Of a stretch of 64,000 bases of DNA, positions 47,401 through 56,917 are shown one piece after another. The stretch is from Candidatus Aenigmatarchaeota archaeon. GTDB lineage: Archaea > Aenigmatarchaeota > Aenigmatarchaeia > QMZP01 > QMZT01. Under the pieces are notes generated by a model that did not search any database, was not told where the DNA came from, and was given only the letters and a program-made list of their open reading frames with translations. Location: the NCBI GenBank assembly GCA_963726265.1, contig CAVSBQ010000002.1, positions 768,001-832,000 of the forward strand, in the 5' to 3' direction. Numbering within the stretch: the stretch's first letter is position 1; each line of letters starts with the position of its first letter. The position numbers and the translations under genes are program-made.

Positions 47401-49132
47401 GAACGGCAGCAGCAACATCACCCTTGCTTCATGCAACACCAATGGTACAGTCCTTGTTTCAGGCGAGGGCTCAAACAATGTTCGTCTCTGCATGAACGAC
47501 ACGTCGGGGAGGCAAGGTTGTCATCAGGTCTATTATACGAAAGACACGATAAAGCCAACGATAACAATCCAGTCGCCCCTGAACATGAGCTATAACCTGT
47601 CTTCGCTGTGGTTCAACGTGACGCTGAACGAGAACGCTGACGCGTGCATTCTCTATCTCTGGTGGGGAGGGAACCGCTCGATGACGAATTCGACCGGCAA
47701 CTGGAACTATCTAAATGCCAGTATTATCGAAAGCGAATTCGAGGCGAAGTTCTACTGCAACGACACGACCGGCAACATGAACACGACCAGCGTCAATTTC
47801 ACGGTTGACAGGACCGCGCCTAACATAATTACCATAGTAACTCCTGCCAACGCGAGCTACAATTACAATCCGCAGTTGAACTTCACTTTTTATGAAATGT
47901 ATCCGTATGCCTGCTGGTATTCGCTGAACCAGAGCGCCAACATCACGCTCGCCTCATGCGCCACCAACGGCACTGTCTTAGCAACGGGCGAAGGGAGCCA
48001 GAACGTGCGGCTATGCGTCAACGACACGGCCGGGAACACGGGATGCAGCAGCACAAGGTATTACACGAAAGACACCATCAAGCCGACAATAACCATAACC
48101 AATCCGCCCAACTCCACGACGACTTCGGACAGCTTCAGCTTCGCCTACGACCACGTCAATTGCTCTGTTTATCGGATGGACGGAGGTTCAAACGTGACCA
48201 ACTGCTCTATCGCAGCGCTGGAGTGGAATGGGACTTTGTCGCTTTCAGACGGACCGCACAACGTAACTGTATGGGCGAATGACAACGCAGGCAACACAAA
48301 TTCGACCACGCGCTACTGGAGAAGGGACGTGGACTTGCCAGTCATCACGATAGTCTCCCCGCTCGAGACGTACTACTCGACCGACCCGCAGCTGAACTTC
48401 TCATACGTGGAGGCGAACCCGGATTCGTGCTGGTATTCGCTTAACGGTACGGCGAACGTCACGCTCGCCTCATGCGAGACGAATGGGACAATCATGGTTT
48501 CAGGCGAAGGGCAGAACAACGTCACGCTCTGCATGAACGACACCAGCGGCAAGTTCGGTTATGATTTCGTGAATTACACCAAGGACTCGTCAACGCCTAT
48601 CATCACGATAATCCTGCCCCAGAACGCGAGCTATAACGTGTCAAGCAGGTCCTTCAACGTAACAATCAGCAAGGTCGGCGACACGTGCCTGGTCGATTAT
48701 GGCTACGGCAACAATTCGATGGCTACGTCCAATGGCCTCAGCTGGAGCCACACCAACAGCTCGATGAACGAGGGTTCGTATCAGGCGAAGTTCTTCTGCA
48801 ACGATTCGCTTGAGAACTCGGACACGGACAACGTGAACTTCACAATCGACCTGACCAAGCCCGTGATAACCATCCAATCGCCACTCAACCAGACGTACAA
48901 CGTCTCTTCGACATGGTTCAACATAACGCTCAGCGAACCCGGCAGCTTATGCCGAGTGAATTACGGCTCGGGCAACCAGAGCATGACCAATTCGTCGGGC
49001 AACTGGCACTACAACGCCTCGCTCTCCGACGGGCAATACAATGCGACGTTCTACTGCAACGATACTGCAGGGAACTGGAACTCCACGAATCCGGTTTTCT
49101 TCAAAATGGAACTTGGTATATTTCGGCGTTGA
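44474..49132 (+). CDS. Giant surface glycoprotein 3, N-terminal part: tandem ~80-90 aa Ig-like repeats
   Basis: Signal peptide. Repeats PxITIxSPxNxTYN...CWYSLNG...NDTxGN and dense sequons. Confidence 0.85.
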   Translation: MGWGKWNSFIVISLLLAGSLILLNLVFAAGINEVLLLSPGNNTWTSGTNGTIAFVFNYSGENESAVCTLFVMNSSSEFAGANASSASNTTSTTLYSNLTIEEGARRWYVNCTNETETKQSLIFNLTVDWTKPYAKINRPLNSTVNSDSFNFTYNETNLNCSWYSIDDGSNTTSCSITGSEWSGTLSIASDGQHNITVWANDSAGNENSTILLWMRDTAKPPVFVVFPQNNSIYNYSTLNLNVSSNGTEDGWRYNLNGTGNTSFEPNTTITAAENVNNITVYVNDTANNINSTIVYFTVDLTDPAVTIVMPGNTTYPSNPELNFSYVETRPDACWYSVKGGSNSTPASCDANITVLTSDEGSNDVRLCMNDTSGRQGCHQVYYTKDTTKPIITVQTPLNQSYNFSSIWFNVTLNENGDSCFVDYGYGNRSMANSSTMDWSYNNASMNDGSYHAIFYCNDTVGNLNTTDINFTVDTTKPIIYIQSPINQTYDISSVWFNVTLSENGSACLVNYGYSNITMANSSGNWNYNNASMDEGFYQAIFFCNDTVGNGNTTSVSFTIDTVHPYFTAYARNPDPPNEDQAVQVNVTLSETPNTVILEVNNGTKTNYTITTSSGLEYYFTISNTANGNYTAHDQVNYTWFANDSAGNGNWSAQQTFIVANQIPSVSQPSVNNTAPQTNDNISCTGGVINDNDAEDVEQNREYRWYDGANLINGQTFQNLSFAISGLDKGDLINCSIRVYDGYGWSAWVNSSNTATIQNTPPTAPNLGLPANGTRTNDNTPFLNWTSSTDADNDAITYAVEISTSITFASISQANYVLTANNYTASTLTDGLYYWRVWAVTIDANSTVSGVLNITIDTTPPLIFVISPANITYNTSTINLNVSSNEAQAGWKYKLNAAGNVSFDPNTTITAAEGTNNITVYVNDSLGNENTTIRYFTVDLTNPAITIVVPANISYPSNPQLNFSYSEIRPDACWYSLNGSSNITLASCNTNGTVLVSGEGSNNVRLCMNDTSGRQGCHQVYYTKDTIKPTITIQSPLNMSYNLSSLWFNVTLNENADACILYLWWGGNRSMTNSTGNWNYLNASIIESEFEAKFYCNDTTGNMNTTSVNFTVDRTAPNIITIVTPANASYNYNPQLNFTFYEMYPYACWYSLNQSANITLASCATNGTVLATGEGSQNVRLCVNDTAGNTGCSSTRYYTKDTIKPTITITNPPNSTTTSDSFSFAYDHVNCSVYRMDGGSNVTNCSIAALEWNGTLSLSDGPHNVTVWANDNAGNTNSTTRYWRRDVDLPVITIVSPLETYYSTDPQLNFSYVEANPDSCWYSLNGTANVTLASCETNGTIMVSGEGQNNVTLCMNDTSGKFGYDFVNYTKDSSTPIITIILPQNASYNVSSRSFNVTISKVGDTCLVDYGYGNNSMATSNGLSWSHTNSSMNEGSYQAKFFCNDSLENSDTDNVNFTIDLTKPVITIQSPLNQTYNVSSTWFNITLSEPGSLCRVNYGSGNQSMTNSSGNWHYNASLSDGQYNATFYCNDTAGNWNSTNPVFFKMELGIFRR

Positions 49133-50630
49133 TACAATTCCCCCGACGATAACGATAAACAATCCCATAAATTCCACCATCAATTCCGATAGTTTAAACG
49201 TCTCTTACAGCGGATCGGCTAACTGCTCATGGTACTCGGTGGATGGCGGAGCCAACACGACAAACTGCACAATTTCAACCCGTTGGATAGGAACTCTCTC
49301 AATCCCTTCAGACGGCCAGCATAACATCACGGTTTGGGCCAATGATTCCACAGGCAATACAAACTCAACCACAAGACACTGGATAAGGGATGCGACTCCG
49401 CCGCTATATGTCATAGTCCTGCCGCAGAACATAACATATAATACCTCCACCATAAAACTCAACGTATCCTCGGACGGCAGCCAGTATGGGTGGGCGTATA
49501 ACCTGAACGGCGCGGGCAACCAGAGCTTCGGCCCGAACACGACGATAACCGCTCAATACGGCTCCAATACCATATGGGTTTATGTGAACGACACGCAGGG
49601 AATGTCAATGCGTCCTCGGTCACGTTCTATCTTAACTATACTGCGCCGAGACTCGAGGCTTCAGGCCATTACGCGACCAGCGACGGCGGCTGGGGTGAGA
49701 ATCACACGTTCTACGTCAACTGTTCGGATGCGGATGGCCAGAACGTCTCGCTGAAGCTGTGGTACAGAAAAACGCCTTCGATTGCGTGGTCCATGCTCAG
49801 CCAGCAGAACTGCTCCGGCCTCACGCCGCAAACATACACTTTCAACATAAACACGTTCGACTGCTCCAACGTGACGCCATCTAACCAGAATTCGTCATAC
49901 ATGTTCAATGCGAGCGACCAGAGCTCGCTGACGAACGAAACGTCCCCGCAGAACTTCACCATGGCGAAGGACGACGTCTCGTTCTCGCTGCATCCCTATA
50001 TGGAACGCCGCCTGGAGAAATGGGACCGATTCCATGTTCGATACAGTCTTTCTTGGCGTCATAGTCACGGACACGGACAAGGGCGGAAACGCAGCTACTA
50101 ATACCAATGCCACGCTCTGGATCACGAAGAACGCATCAGACCTGAATTCATGGGACACTGGCAAGGCGCTCACGGTGAACGCAAGCGGCTACATAATTTA
50201 TTATTTTTTAAACGATAGCCAAATGCCCATGCACGAATGCAACTACACGGTCGGCATGCACAACTGGACCGCGGGCGTGGGCGGCATAAACGAGGATTCG
50301 TGCTACAAGACGACCAATTCTTCCATGTACAATGTGACATCCGGGGAAGCCTCAGGCCGAGGATAACATACCCGACTGGCCTCATGGGCTTCCTCGTCGG
50401 CGACCAGATAAACATAACAGGCTACGTCGAGGACGACTGTTCATATATGACAGGCCTGGGCATGGAGGGCGTGGACCTGGACCCGAGTTCTCCTTCGCAG
50501 AGATACATCATAATAGGAGAATCAGGAACGCCCACGCGCTACTGCACACGAAAGCTGGCAGGAAGATAACGGCTGGTACAACTGCACCTGGGATTCTTCA
50601 GGGCAGCTGAGAATAAACTGGAACATAACC
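49041..50630 (+). other. Frameshifted middle part of giant surface protein 3 (fragments 49041-49754, 49574-50101, 50034-50366, 50237-50569)
   Basis: Successive overlapping ORFs each carry the same repeat vocabulary (DGQHNITVWANDS, sequons) and switch frame about five times. Confidence 0.7.
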
Positions 50631-52631
50631 ATGAACGTGAACAAGAGCTACTATGCAATCAACTCAACGATGGAGGGTCTTGCCTTCCACCTAGGAACTG
50701 CGCCTTTTGTGTCCACACCAACGGCGACACCAAACATGAGCGGCTGGGGAACGCAGTTCACCTTTACAGTCTATTTCGCGGACGCGGACATGGATACAAA
50801 CAACATATTGATGTGGAGGAGTTATGATAATACGACGTGGCAGTTTGTCAATTCGACCACTGCGAGTTCGTCAGGAACGACGCTCACATTACATCAAAAC
50901 TTCACATGTGGCGAGGCGCTTGCCTACCCGGGCAGGCAGATTTATTTCAAGTTCAACACGACCGACCCCTTCAATTACACCGCCGAAACGACGTCTGTGA
51001 CGTCCAACCTGACATTCGACAACGTCACCGTCTCGCTGAACTCCTCGAGCAGCGCGAACGTCTCGATGCTCAACGCGACGGCGACGCTTATCTTCAGGAT
51101 TTACGATTCAAGCAACAGTACCTATCCTAACGGCATCGGAGGGCTGGCTTGGGTCGCGGAGAATGGTGTCTCTTATAGGACGCTCAATTGCACCACGAGC
51201 AGCGGCTACTGCACGGTCTCATACAAACCCAATTCATCAACATCGATTATAGGCACGCAATACTGGTGGGGAGTGAGCAACGAGAGCTGCTACGAATACC
51301 AGAACTCGATGGCGCAGGCGCTCGAAGTAACCAACCCGATAAACGCCACCGGCATATATCCATATGCCGTCGTCAACGGCTCGCCTGCGAACATATCCGT
51401 TTACGTTTCAGGCGGCTATGCCTCGGTCTGGGCCAACGTCACCCTGCCGGACGCGAACGTCAGCAAGCTGATGCTCACCAACAATGCTAACACGAGCTTC
51501 AGCCAGACCAGCCTGACCGGAAGATATAATGTGACGTTCTACGCGAACGATTCCAGCGGCAATCTCGTGAACAGGACCGGCTATTATTTCGAGGCCTTCG
51601 CGCCCGTCACGCTCAACCTGAGCGTCATAAGCTCCAACTCGAGCGGCGTCAACTCGAGCGTCACGTTCTACTACAGGAACGAGAGCTGTTCGTCGAACGC
51701 GTCCGCGAACGGCAGCTTCACCGGCCAGGTCGCGTCCTCGATACTCGACATACTCATACGCGGCTATGCTGACAGAGCCGAGGTCGTGCTCAGGAACGTG
51801 AACATATCATACCAGGGCAGCAGAATATTCGGCCTGGACAAGCACACTTCGACCAGCGGCTATCTGATAACGTATGGCATCAACAACACCTACAACTTCA
51901 GCGGCGCGACCGTCACGCTATACTACGACGACGCCGGCTACTCGAATGAAAGCGGGCTGAAGCTCCACAAATGCGACAGCTATGATTTCGTTGCGAGAAG
52001 CTGCTCGGGCTCGTGGAGCGACGTCACCTCGAACGCGACGCAAAATACGACAGGCCATTATTTCACGCTCAACGTCACGTCTTTCTCAGGCTTCAGCGTG
52101 GATGAATACACCGAAACTTCGCCTCCGACAACGCCGACAGGCAGTTATGTTACAACAGGAACAGGATGCACCATAAACTGGAGCTGCGGCAGCTGGAGCG
52201 GCTGCCTTCCAAACGGCACGCAGGCTAGAGTGTGTAAAGACTTGGGAACATGCAAAAGGAGCGACAAGACAGAGACGATGAACTGCACCTACATTTCTCC
52301 TGCGTCATGCTTTGACAGGACGCTGAACGAGAATGAAAGCGACGTGGACTGCGGAGGGCCATGCCCGATGCCGTGCGAAATCGGGAAGCACTGCGCCGCC
52401 GCCTCCGACTGCTTTAGCGGCTTCTGCGACGACGGCGTGTGCAAGGCGAAGCCGCAGGCCGCACCGCAAGGTTGGCAGGAACCGGTTCAAACTGGTGTCA
52501 GCTACGCGCTATACACCTATGTCCTGTGGTGCGCGGATTTCGCCATGCTGGTGCTCGCATTCGTCCTGCTGCTGATAGTCATAAGAAAGATGAGAAAACA
52601 CAGGATACAAAAGGACGAAGCGCCCTCCTAA
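50631..52631 (+). CDS. C-terminal part of giant surface protein 3: Ig-like domains, PGF-pre-PGF-like domain, Cys-rich modules, TM anchor
   Basis: NVTSFSGF strand, WSCGSWSGC, SCFDRTLNENESDVDCGGPC, then a TM followed by RKMRKHR. Confidence 0.8.
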   Translation: MNVNKSYYAINSTMEGLAFHLGTAPFVSTPTATPNMSGWGTQFTFTVYFADADMDTNNILMWRSYDNTTWQFVNSTTASSSGTTLTLHQNFTCGEALAYPGRQIYFKFNTTDPFNYTAETTSVTSNLTFDNVTVSLNSSSSANVSMLNATATLIFRIYDSSNSTYPNGIGGLAWVAENGVSYRTLNCTTSSGYCTVSYKPNSSTSIIGTQYWWGVSNESCYEYQNSMAQALEVTNPINATGIYPYAVVNGSPANISVYVSGGYASVWANVTLPDANVSKLMLTNNANTSFSQTSLTGRYNVTFYANDSSGNLVNRTGYYFEAFAPVTLNLSVISSNSSGVNSSVTFYYRNESCSSNASANGSFTGQVASSILDILIRGYADRAEVVLRNVNISYQGSRIFGLDKHTSTSGYLITYGINNTYNFSGATVTLYYDDAGYSNESGLKLHKCDSYDFVARSCSGSWSDVTSNATQNTTGHYFTLNVTSFSGFSVDEYTETSPPTTPTGSYVTTGTGCTINWSCGSWSGCLPNGTQARVCKDLGTCKRSDKTETMNCTYISPASCFDRTLNENESDVDCGGPCPMPCEIGKHCAAASDCFSGFCDDGVCKAKPQAAPQGWQEPVQTGVSYALYTYVLWCADFAMLVLAFVLLLIVIRKMRKHRIQKDEAPS

Positions 52632-53086
52632 AATTTATTTATTTTGTCCAGCGCAAGATGCGTTCCGTATCCAGCAACGGTGAACAAGACGAGCGTGATA
52701 TTGATGTTCGCCACGACGAAGACGAAGGCGAAGACGGTCGGTAAAACGAAGGCGTATCTCCACAGATGAAGCGATTTCTTGCCCCGGTGCTTCACCGGGA
52801 GATGCTTGTACGCATAACGGGTCAGCACCAGCATTATGGTTATCACGACGAACTTCAGCCACAGTTCCGCGGCCATTTCCGCTGTCACGGCGAAGACCAT
52901 GAGGTAGAAGATTATTATGAACGTCGCCTTCCTCACCAGCGCTTTCGGATGGTCGAGGTCAGGCAGGAAGGACGCGAAGAGTATGAGCGTGAGCGCCTGG
53001 ACCGCGTAGAGCACGGGCATCTGGAAAACGAGCATGGCAAAGATGTAGACGAAGAGCGGCGCAATCATGTGCATTTTCCAGTCCAT
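52628..53086 (-). CDS. Membrane-bound metal-dependent hydrolase (YdjM-like)
   Basis: N-terminal H, LPDLDHP, HRG...H and GYGTHLALD. AGGAGG RBS before ATG 53086. Confidence 0.85.
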   Translation of the reverse strand: MDWKMHMIAPLFVYIFAMLVFQMPVLYAVQALTLILFASFLPDLDHPKALVRKATFIIIFYLMVFAVTAEMAAELWLKFVVITIMLVLTRYAYKHLPVKHRGKKSLHLWRYAFVLPTVFAFVFVVANINITLVLFTVAGYGTHLALDKINKF

Positions 53087-53173
53087 ATCAGAAACCTCCT
53101 GCGGGTTTCGATGCATCCAGCAACCCGCCCACATCTCCGTTCCGCTACCTCCAAACGCTAAAAATATTACGAG

Positions 53174-53875
53174 TCAGGCGTTCATGATGATGCGCGCGTC
53201 CGCCGCCTTCACGCCTTTCTCGCTCACAAAAAGCGGATTTATGTCGAGTTCCTCGATTTTTTTCTCCTTCCATACCAGGTTCGAAACCTTCAGCAGCGTA
53301 TCCTCCAGCGCCTTGAAATTCACGGGCTTCTGCCCCCTCACGCCCTTGAGAATAACGTAGCCCTTTATCTCGGCAATCATTGCCTTCGCATCCTTCCTCT
53401 CGAAAGGTATAATCCTGAAGGCAACGTCCTTTATCACTTCGACGAATATGCCGCCGAGGCCGAACATGAGGACAGGCCCGAACTGCGGGTCGTTTTTCGA
53501 GCCGACGATGCACTGGTGGCCTTCCGTCACCATTTCCTGGACGAGCACGCCCAGTATCTTCGCATCCTTCTTGTAGGCCTTCGCGTTCTTTATTATTTTT
53601 TCAAAACCCTTCGCGACGTCTTCGCCGCTTTTCAGGTCAAGCAGGACGCCGCCAGCGTCGGTCTTGTGCAGTATGTCCGGCGACTGGACTTTAAGTGCGA
53701 CAGGGAAGCCTATCATTTTTGCGGACGCGGCTGCCTGCTGCGGGTTTTTTGCAAGAAGTTCCTTTGTCACGGGAATGCCGTATTTCGCCAGCAGCTTCTT
53801 TGCCTCGAATTCCGCCAGCTTCTTCTGCCCGGCGTTTTTCACGTCCTTGTGATTTCCCCGATTACCCCTTTTCAT
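53174..53875 (-). CDS. acdB: Acetate/acyl-CoA ligase (ADP-forming) beta subunit (ATP-grasp)
   Basis: EFEAKKLLAKYGIP, GFPVALK, ILHKTDAGGV, DPQFGPVLMFGLGG and ELDINP. Confidence 0.93.
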   Translation of the reverse strand: MKRGNRGNHKDVKNAGQKKLAEFEAKKLLAKYGIPVTKELLAKNPQQAAASAKMIGFPVALKVQSPDILHKTDAGGVLLDLKSGEDVAKGFEKIIKNAKAYKKDAKILGVLVQEMVTEGHQCIVGSKNDPQFGPVLMFGLGGIFVEVIKDVAFRIIPFERKDAKAMIAEIKGYVILKGVRGQKPVNFKALEDTLLKVSNLVWKEKKIEELDINPLFVSEKGVKAADARIIMNA

Positions 53876-53907
53876 AATATTATTTACTAATCACCCATAT
53901 TTAATAT

Positions 53908-55209
53908 ATGAGCCTTGATGCTTTGTTTTCGCCGAAGTCCGTGCTTCTCGTAGGCTCCTCGAAAATAAGCGAGAAGTTCATAATGGTCAAGCCGGAGATT
54001 TTTGACAGGGTTGGCATCAACCTTAACAGGTTCTCTGTCTCGGGAAAAATAGCGATCGCGAGCGTCGAGGAGAGGCTCGACCTGAAGGCATGCGACCTCG
54101 CCGTCATAACCCTTCCGCCTGAAAAAACCCTTGAAATAATGCCGTCGCTGAAGGCGAAGGCTGCCATTATCCTTTCCGGCGGCTTTGATGCTGATCAGAG
54201 GAAAAAATTGAAGGCAATCGCCGCGTCAAAGCGCATGCGCGTGCTAGGGCCGAACTCCGTTTGCGGGGTGATAAACCCATACGTATCGCTCAACACGACC
54301 TTCGAGCCTGAGATGAAAATAAGGCCTGGCAGGATAGCGGTCATCTCGCAGTCAGGCGGCGTGGGAGTCACGCTGCTCGATTACATGGTTTCCAACGACA
54401 TCGGAGTTTCGAAGTTCGCTTGGGCCGGCGACATGGCCGACGTAAACGAGTGCGATCTGCTGGAGCACATGCTGGCCGACGAAAAGACCAGGGTCGTCCT
54501 CCTTTATCTCGAGGCGCTGAAGGAGCCGAGGAGGTTCATGGAAATCGCGAAACATGCGCGCAAGCCCGTAATAGTCCTGAAGGCCGGCGTCTCCAGGGAA
54601 TCGAGGAGCCGCGCGCTCACGCACACGGATTCGCTTTCGACCGACGCGGAGATATACTCCTCGGCCTTCAAGCAGACCGGCGTGATAGAGGCGGAAAGCG
54701 TGCGCGAGCTTTTCAGCTGCGGCCAGCTTTTCGAGAGATACGAAAAAAGGCGGATAGAAAGGATAGCCATCGTTTCCAACACCGGCGGCTCATCCATCCT
54801 TGCCGCCGACGTGTGCTACAGGCTCGGCCTCGAGCTCGCCCAGCTTTCCGGGCGGACGAAAAGCAGAATCCTCAGGCAATATCCCAAAATAAAGACGCTC
54901 AACCCGGTCGACATGGCAGCAGACGCCGACGGCGAGCGCTACAAGTTCGTTCTCGACGCGGTGGCGGGGGATGCGCATGTCGACGCCATCATCATAATAA
55001 GCCAGTTCAAGTCCTGCTTGCTTAAGCCGGAGGATCTCGATGCGCTCAAGAGAGTGAAGACCGGCAAGGTCGTCGTCGCCTGCGCGCCGGGCGACGAAGA
55101 TTACAGGAAAGCGAGGTTCTTCCTGCGCGACTCCTTCCCGTTGTACAGCTCCGTGGACGACGCCGTGAAGGCCCTGAAAAAAGCGGCGGAATACGGAAAA
55201 CGGTTTTAA
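53908..55209 (+). CDS. acdA: Acetate/acyl-CoA ligase (ADP-forming) alpha subunit
   Basis: LFSPKSV, LGPNS, ISQSGG, LYLE, THT phospho-His, NTGG and NPVD. Confidence 0.87.
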   Translation: MSLDALFSPKSVLLVGSSKISEKFIMVKPEIFDRVGINLNRFSVSGKIAIASVEERLDLKACDLAVITLPPEKTLEIMPSLKAKAAIILSGGFDADQRKKLKAIAASKRMRVLGPNSVCGVINPYVSLNTTFEPEMKIRPGRIAVISQSGGVGVTLLDYMVSNDIGVSKFAWAGDMADVNECDLLEHMLADEKTRVVLLYLEALKEPRRFMEIAKHARKPVIVLKAGVSRESRSRALTHTDSLSTDAEIYSSAFKQTGVIEAESVRELFSCGQLFERYEKRRIERIAIVSNTGGSSILAADVCYRLGLELAQLSGRTKSRILRQYPKIKTLNPVDMAADADGERYKFVLDAVAGDAHVDAIIIISQFKSCLLKPEDLDALKRVKTGKVVVACAPGDEDYRKARFFLRDSFPLYSSVDDAVKALKKAAEYGKRF

Positions 55210-55256
55210 AGACTGCTGGGCTATTTATAAAAAACGGTTTGGTTTGGGGTGGTTAT

Positions 55257-56168
55257 ATGACCAGGCATTTCCTGACGTTGCTGGATTTTTCCGAAAAGGA
55301 GGTAAGGCACATACTTGACCTTGCCATAAAGCTGAAGGCAGGCGAGGTCGATCACAAGCTCGAAGGCAAGACCCTCGGCATGCTTTTCGAGAAACCCTCG
55401 ACGCGGACCAGGGTTTCTTTCGAGGCGGGCATGACGCAGCTTGGAGGCCATGCAATATTCATAGACATGCGCACGACCCAGCTAGGCCGCGGCGAGACGA
55501 TAGAGGACACCGCGCGCACGCTGGAAAGGTATTGCGACATCGTGATGGCGAGGGTGAACAACCACAGCGACCTCGATAAAATGGCCGGAGTATCGAAAAT
55601 CCCGATAATAAACGGGCTAAGCGAAAAATTTCACCCGTGCCAGACCATGGCGGACATGATGACCGTGCTCGAAAAAAAGGGAAGGCTCGACGACCTGAAA
55701 GTCGTCTTCCTAGGCGACTGCGGCTTCAACATGTTCAACTCGACAATGATAGGCTTTTCCAAAATGTGGTCGAACGTAGTGGGCATCTGCCCTCCGAAAA
55801 GCGAATACATGCCCAAGCCTGAAATCTTCGAGCGCGCGAAGAAGCAGGCCAAGGGCAGCATAAAGATGGAGCACGACCCGGTAAAGGGGATAAAGGACGC
55901 GGACGTCGTCCATACCGACGCCTGGGTCTCGATGGGCCAGGAAAACGCGGAGGAGAGGATAAGGGAATTCAAGCCATACCAGCTCAACGCGGAGCTTCTC
56001 CGCCACGCGAAAGCGGACGCGATAGTGATGCATTGCCTGCCCGCGCACCGCGGGCATGAGATAACCAACGACGTCATAGACGGCCCGCAGTCCGTCGTGT
56101 TCGACCAGGCCGAGAACCGCCTGCACGTGCAGAAGGCCATAATGCTTTACCTGCTGAAAGGCGTGTGA
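55257..56168 (+). CDS. argF: Ornithine carbamoyltransferase
   Basis: FEKPSTRT, HPCQ, DAWVSMG, HCLP and QAENRLH. Confidence 0.95.
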   Translation: MTRHFLTLLDFSEKEVRHILDLAIKLKAGEVDHKLEGKTLGMLFEKPSTRTRVSFEAGMTQLGGHAIFIDMRTTQLGRGETIEDTARTLERYCDIVMARVNNHSDLDKMAGVSKIPIINGLSEKFHPCQTMADMMTVLEKKGRLDDLKVVFLGDCGFNMFNSTMIGFSKMWSNVVGICPPKSEYMPKPEIFERAKKQAKGSIKMEHDPVKGIKDADVVHTDAWVSMGQENAEERIREFKPYQLNAELLRHAKADAIVMHCLPAHRGHEITNDVIDGPQSVVFDQAENRLHVQKAIMLYLLKGV

Positions 56169-56217
56169 AGGGCATGAAACTTTTATTTAGCCTGAACTCA
56201 TATTAAGAAACGGGAAC

Positions 56218-56382
56218 ATGTGCTTCGCGCTGACGGGAAAGGTGTTGGGTGTCGATGGCAAGGAGGCGCTTGTCGATTTCGACGGCATCCGGAGGAAAGC
56301 GAATGCCGAGTTCATAAAGGTCAGGAAGGGCGACAGCGTCGTCGTGTTCAGCGGCTTCGTGATAGAGAAGATTAAAGCCTGA
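56218..56382 (+). CDS. hypC: HypC/HupF-like small OB-fold protein (missed by ORF track, 54 aa)
   Basis: Manual translation MCFALTGKVLGVDGKEALVDFDGIRRKANAEFIKVRKGDSVVVFSGFVIEKIKA* matches the HypC pattern MC..P.KV...A.VDFGG....GD.V.VH.GFA. The His is replaced by Phe. Confidence 0.8.
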   Translation: MCFALTGKVLGVDGKEALVDFDGIRRKANAEFIKVRKGDSVVVFSGFVIEKIKA

Positions 56383-56392
56383 AAATTTTGAT

Positions 56393-56917
56393 GTGAATTA
56401 TATGTTCAAGGTATTGCCGATAAAGGACAGGGAGCTTTTCCTGCGCTACGCCATACCATGCGGCGAGTTCCTGGTGAAGAGAGGCGAGGTCAAACAGGAG
56501 CTTCTCTCGAAGCTCAACGACGTGGTCAGGAATGGCCAGGAGACCGACATTCCAATAGAGAAGACGTTCAAGGTCGCCTCCAGGATGTGCACGATTCTGG
56601 CGAAACAAATGGGCAAGAAGGAGATAGACGCCGATGTCATCAGGCGCTACTTCCTCGTCGAGCATGAAAATGCGATAAGATGGAGGAAGCAGATCAGGCC
56701 GGAGCTCAAGCTCGAGGAATGTCTTGTTTACCCTGGCAGGGTCTTGAAACTAGGGAACGAGAGCGTCCTCGTCAAAACGCCATTAGGAGAGCGCCTGTTC
56801 AGGGACGACTTCGCGAACGGGATAAAGGCGAATGACTGGGTGAGCGTGCATTACGATTACATCGCCGAAAAGATAAGCCCGGACCACGTCCGCATGATGA
56901 GGAGACTCAACAGATGA
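56393..56917 (+). CDS. DUF6390-like protein with C-terminal HypC-like beta barrel
   Basis: LFLRYAIPC N-terminus and C-terminal CLVYPGRV...NDWVSVHYDY. Confidence 0.65.
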   Translation: MNYMFKVLPIKDRELFLRYAIPCGEFLVKRGEVKQELLSKLNDVVRNGQETDIPIEKTFKVASRMCTILAKQMGKKEIDADVIRRYFLVEHENAIRWRKQIRPELKLEECLVYPGRVLKLGNESVLVKTPLGERLFRDDFANGIKANDWVSVHYDYIAEKISPDHVRMMRRLNR

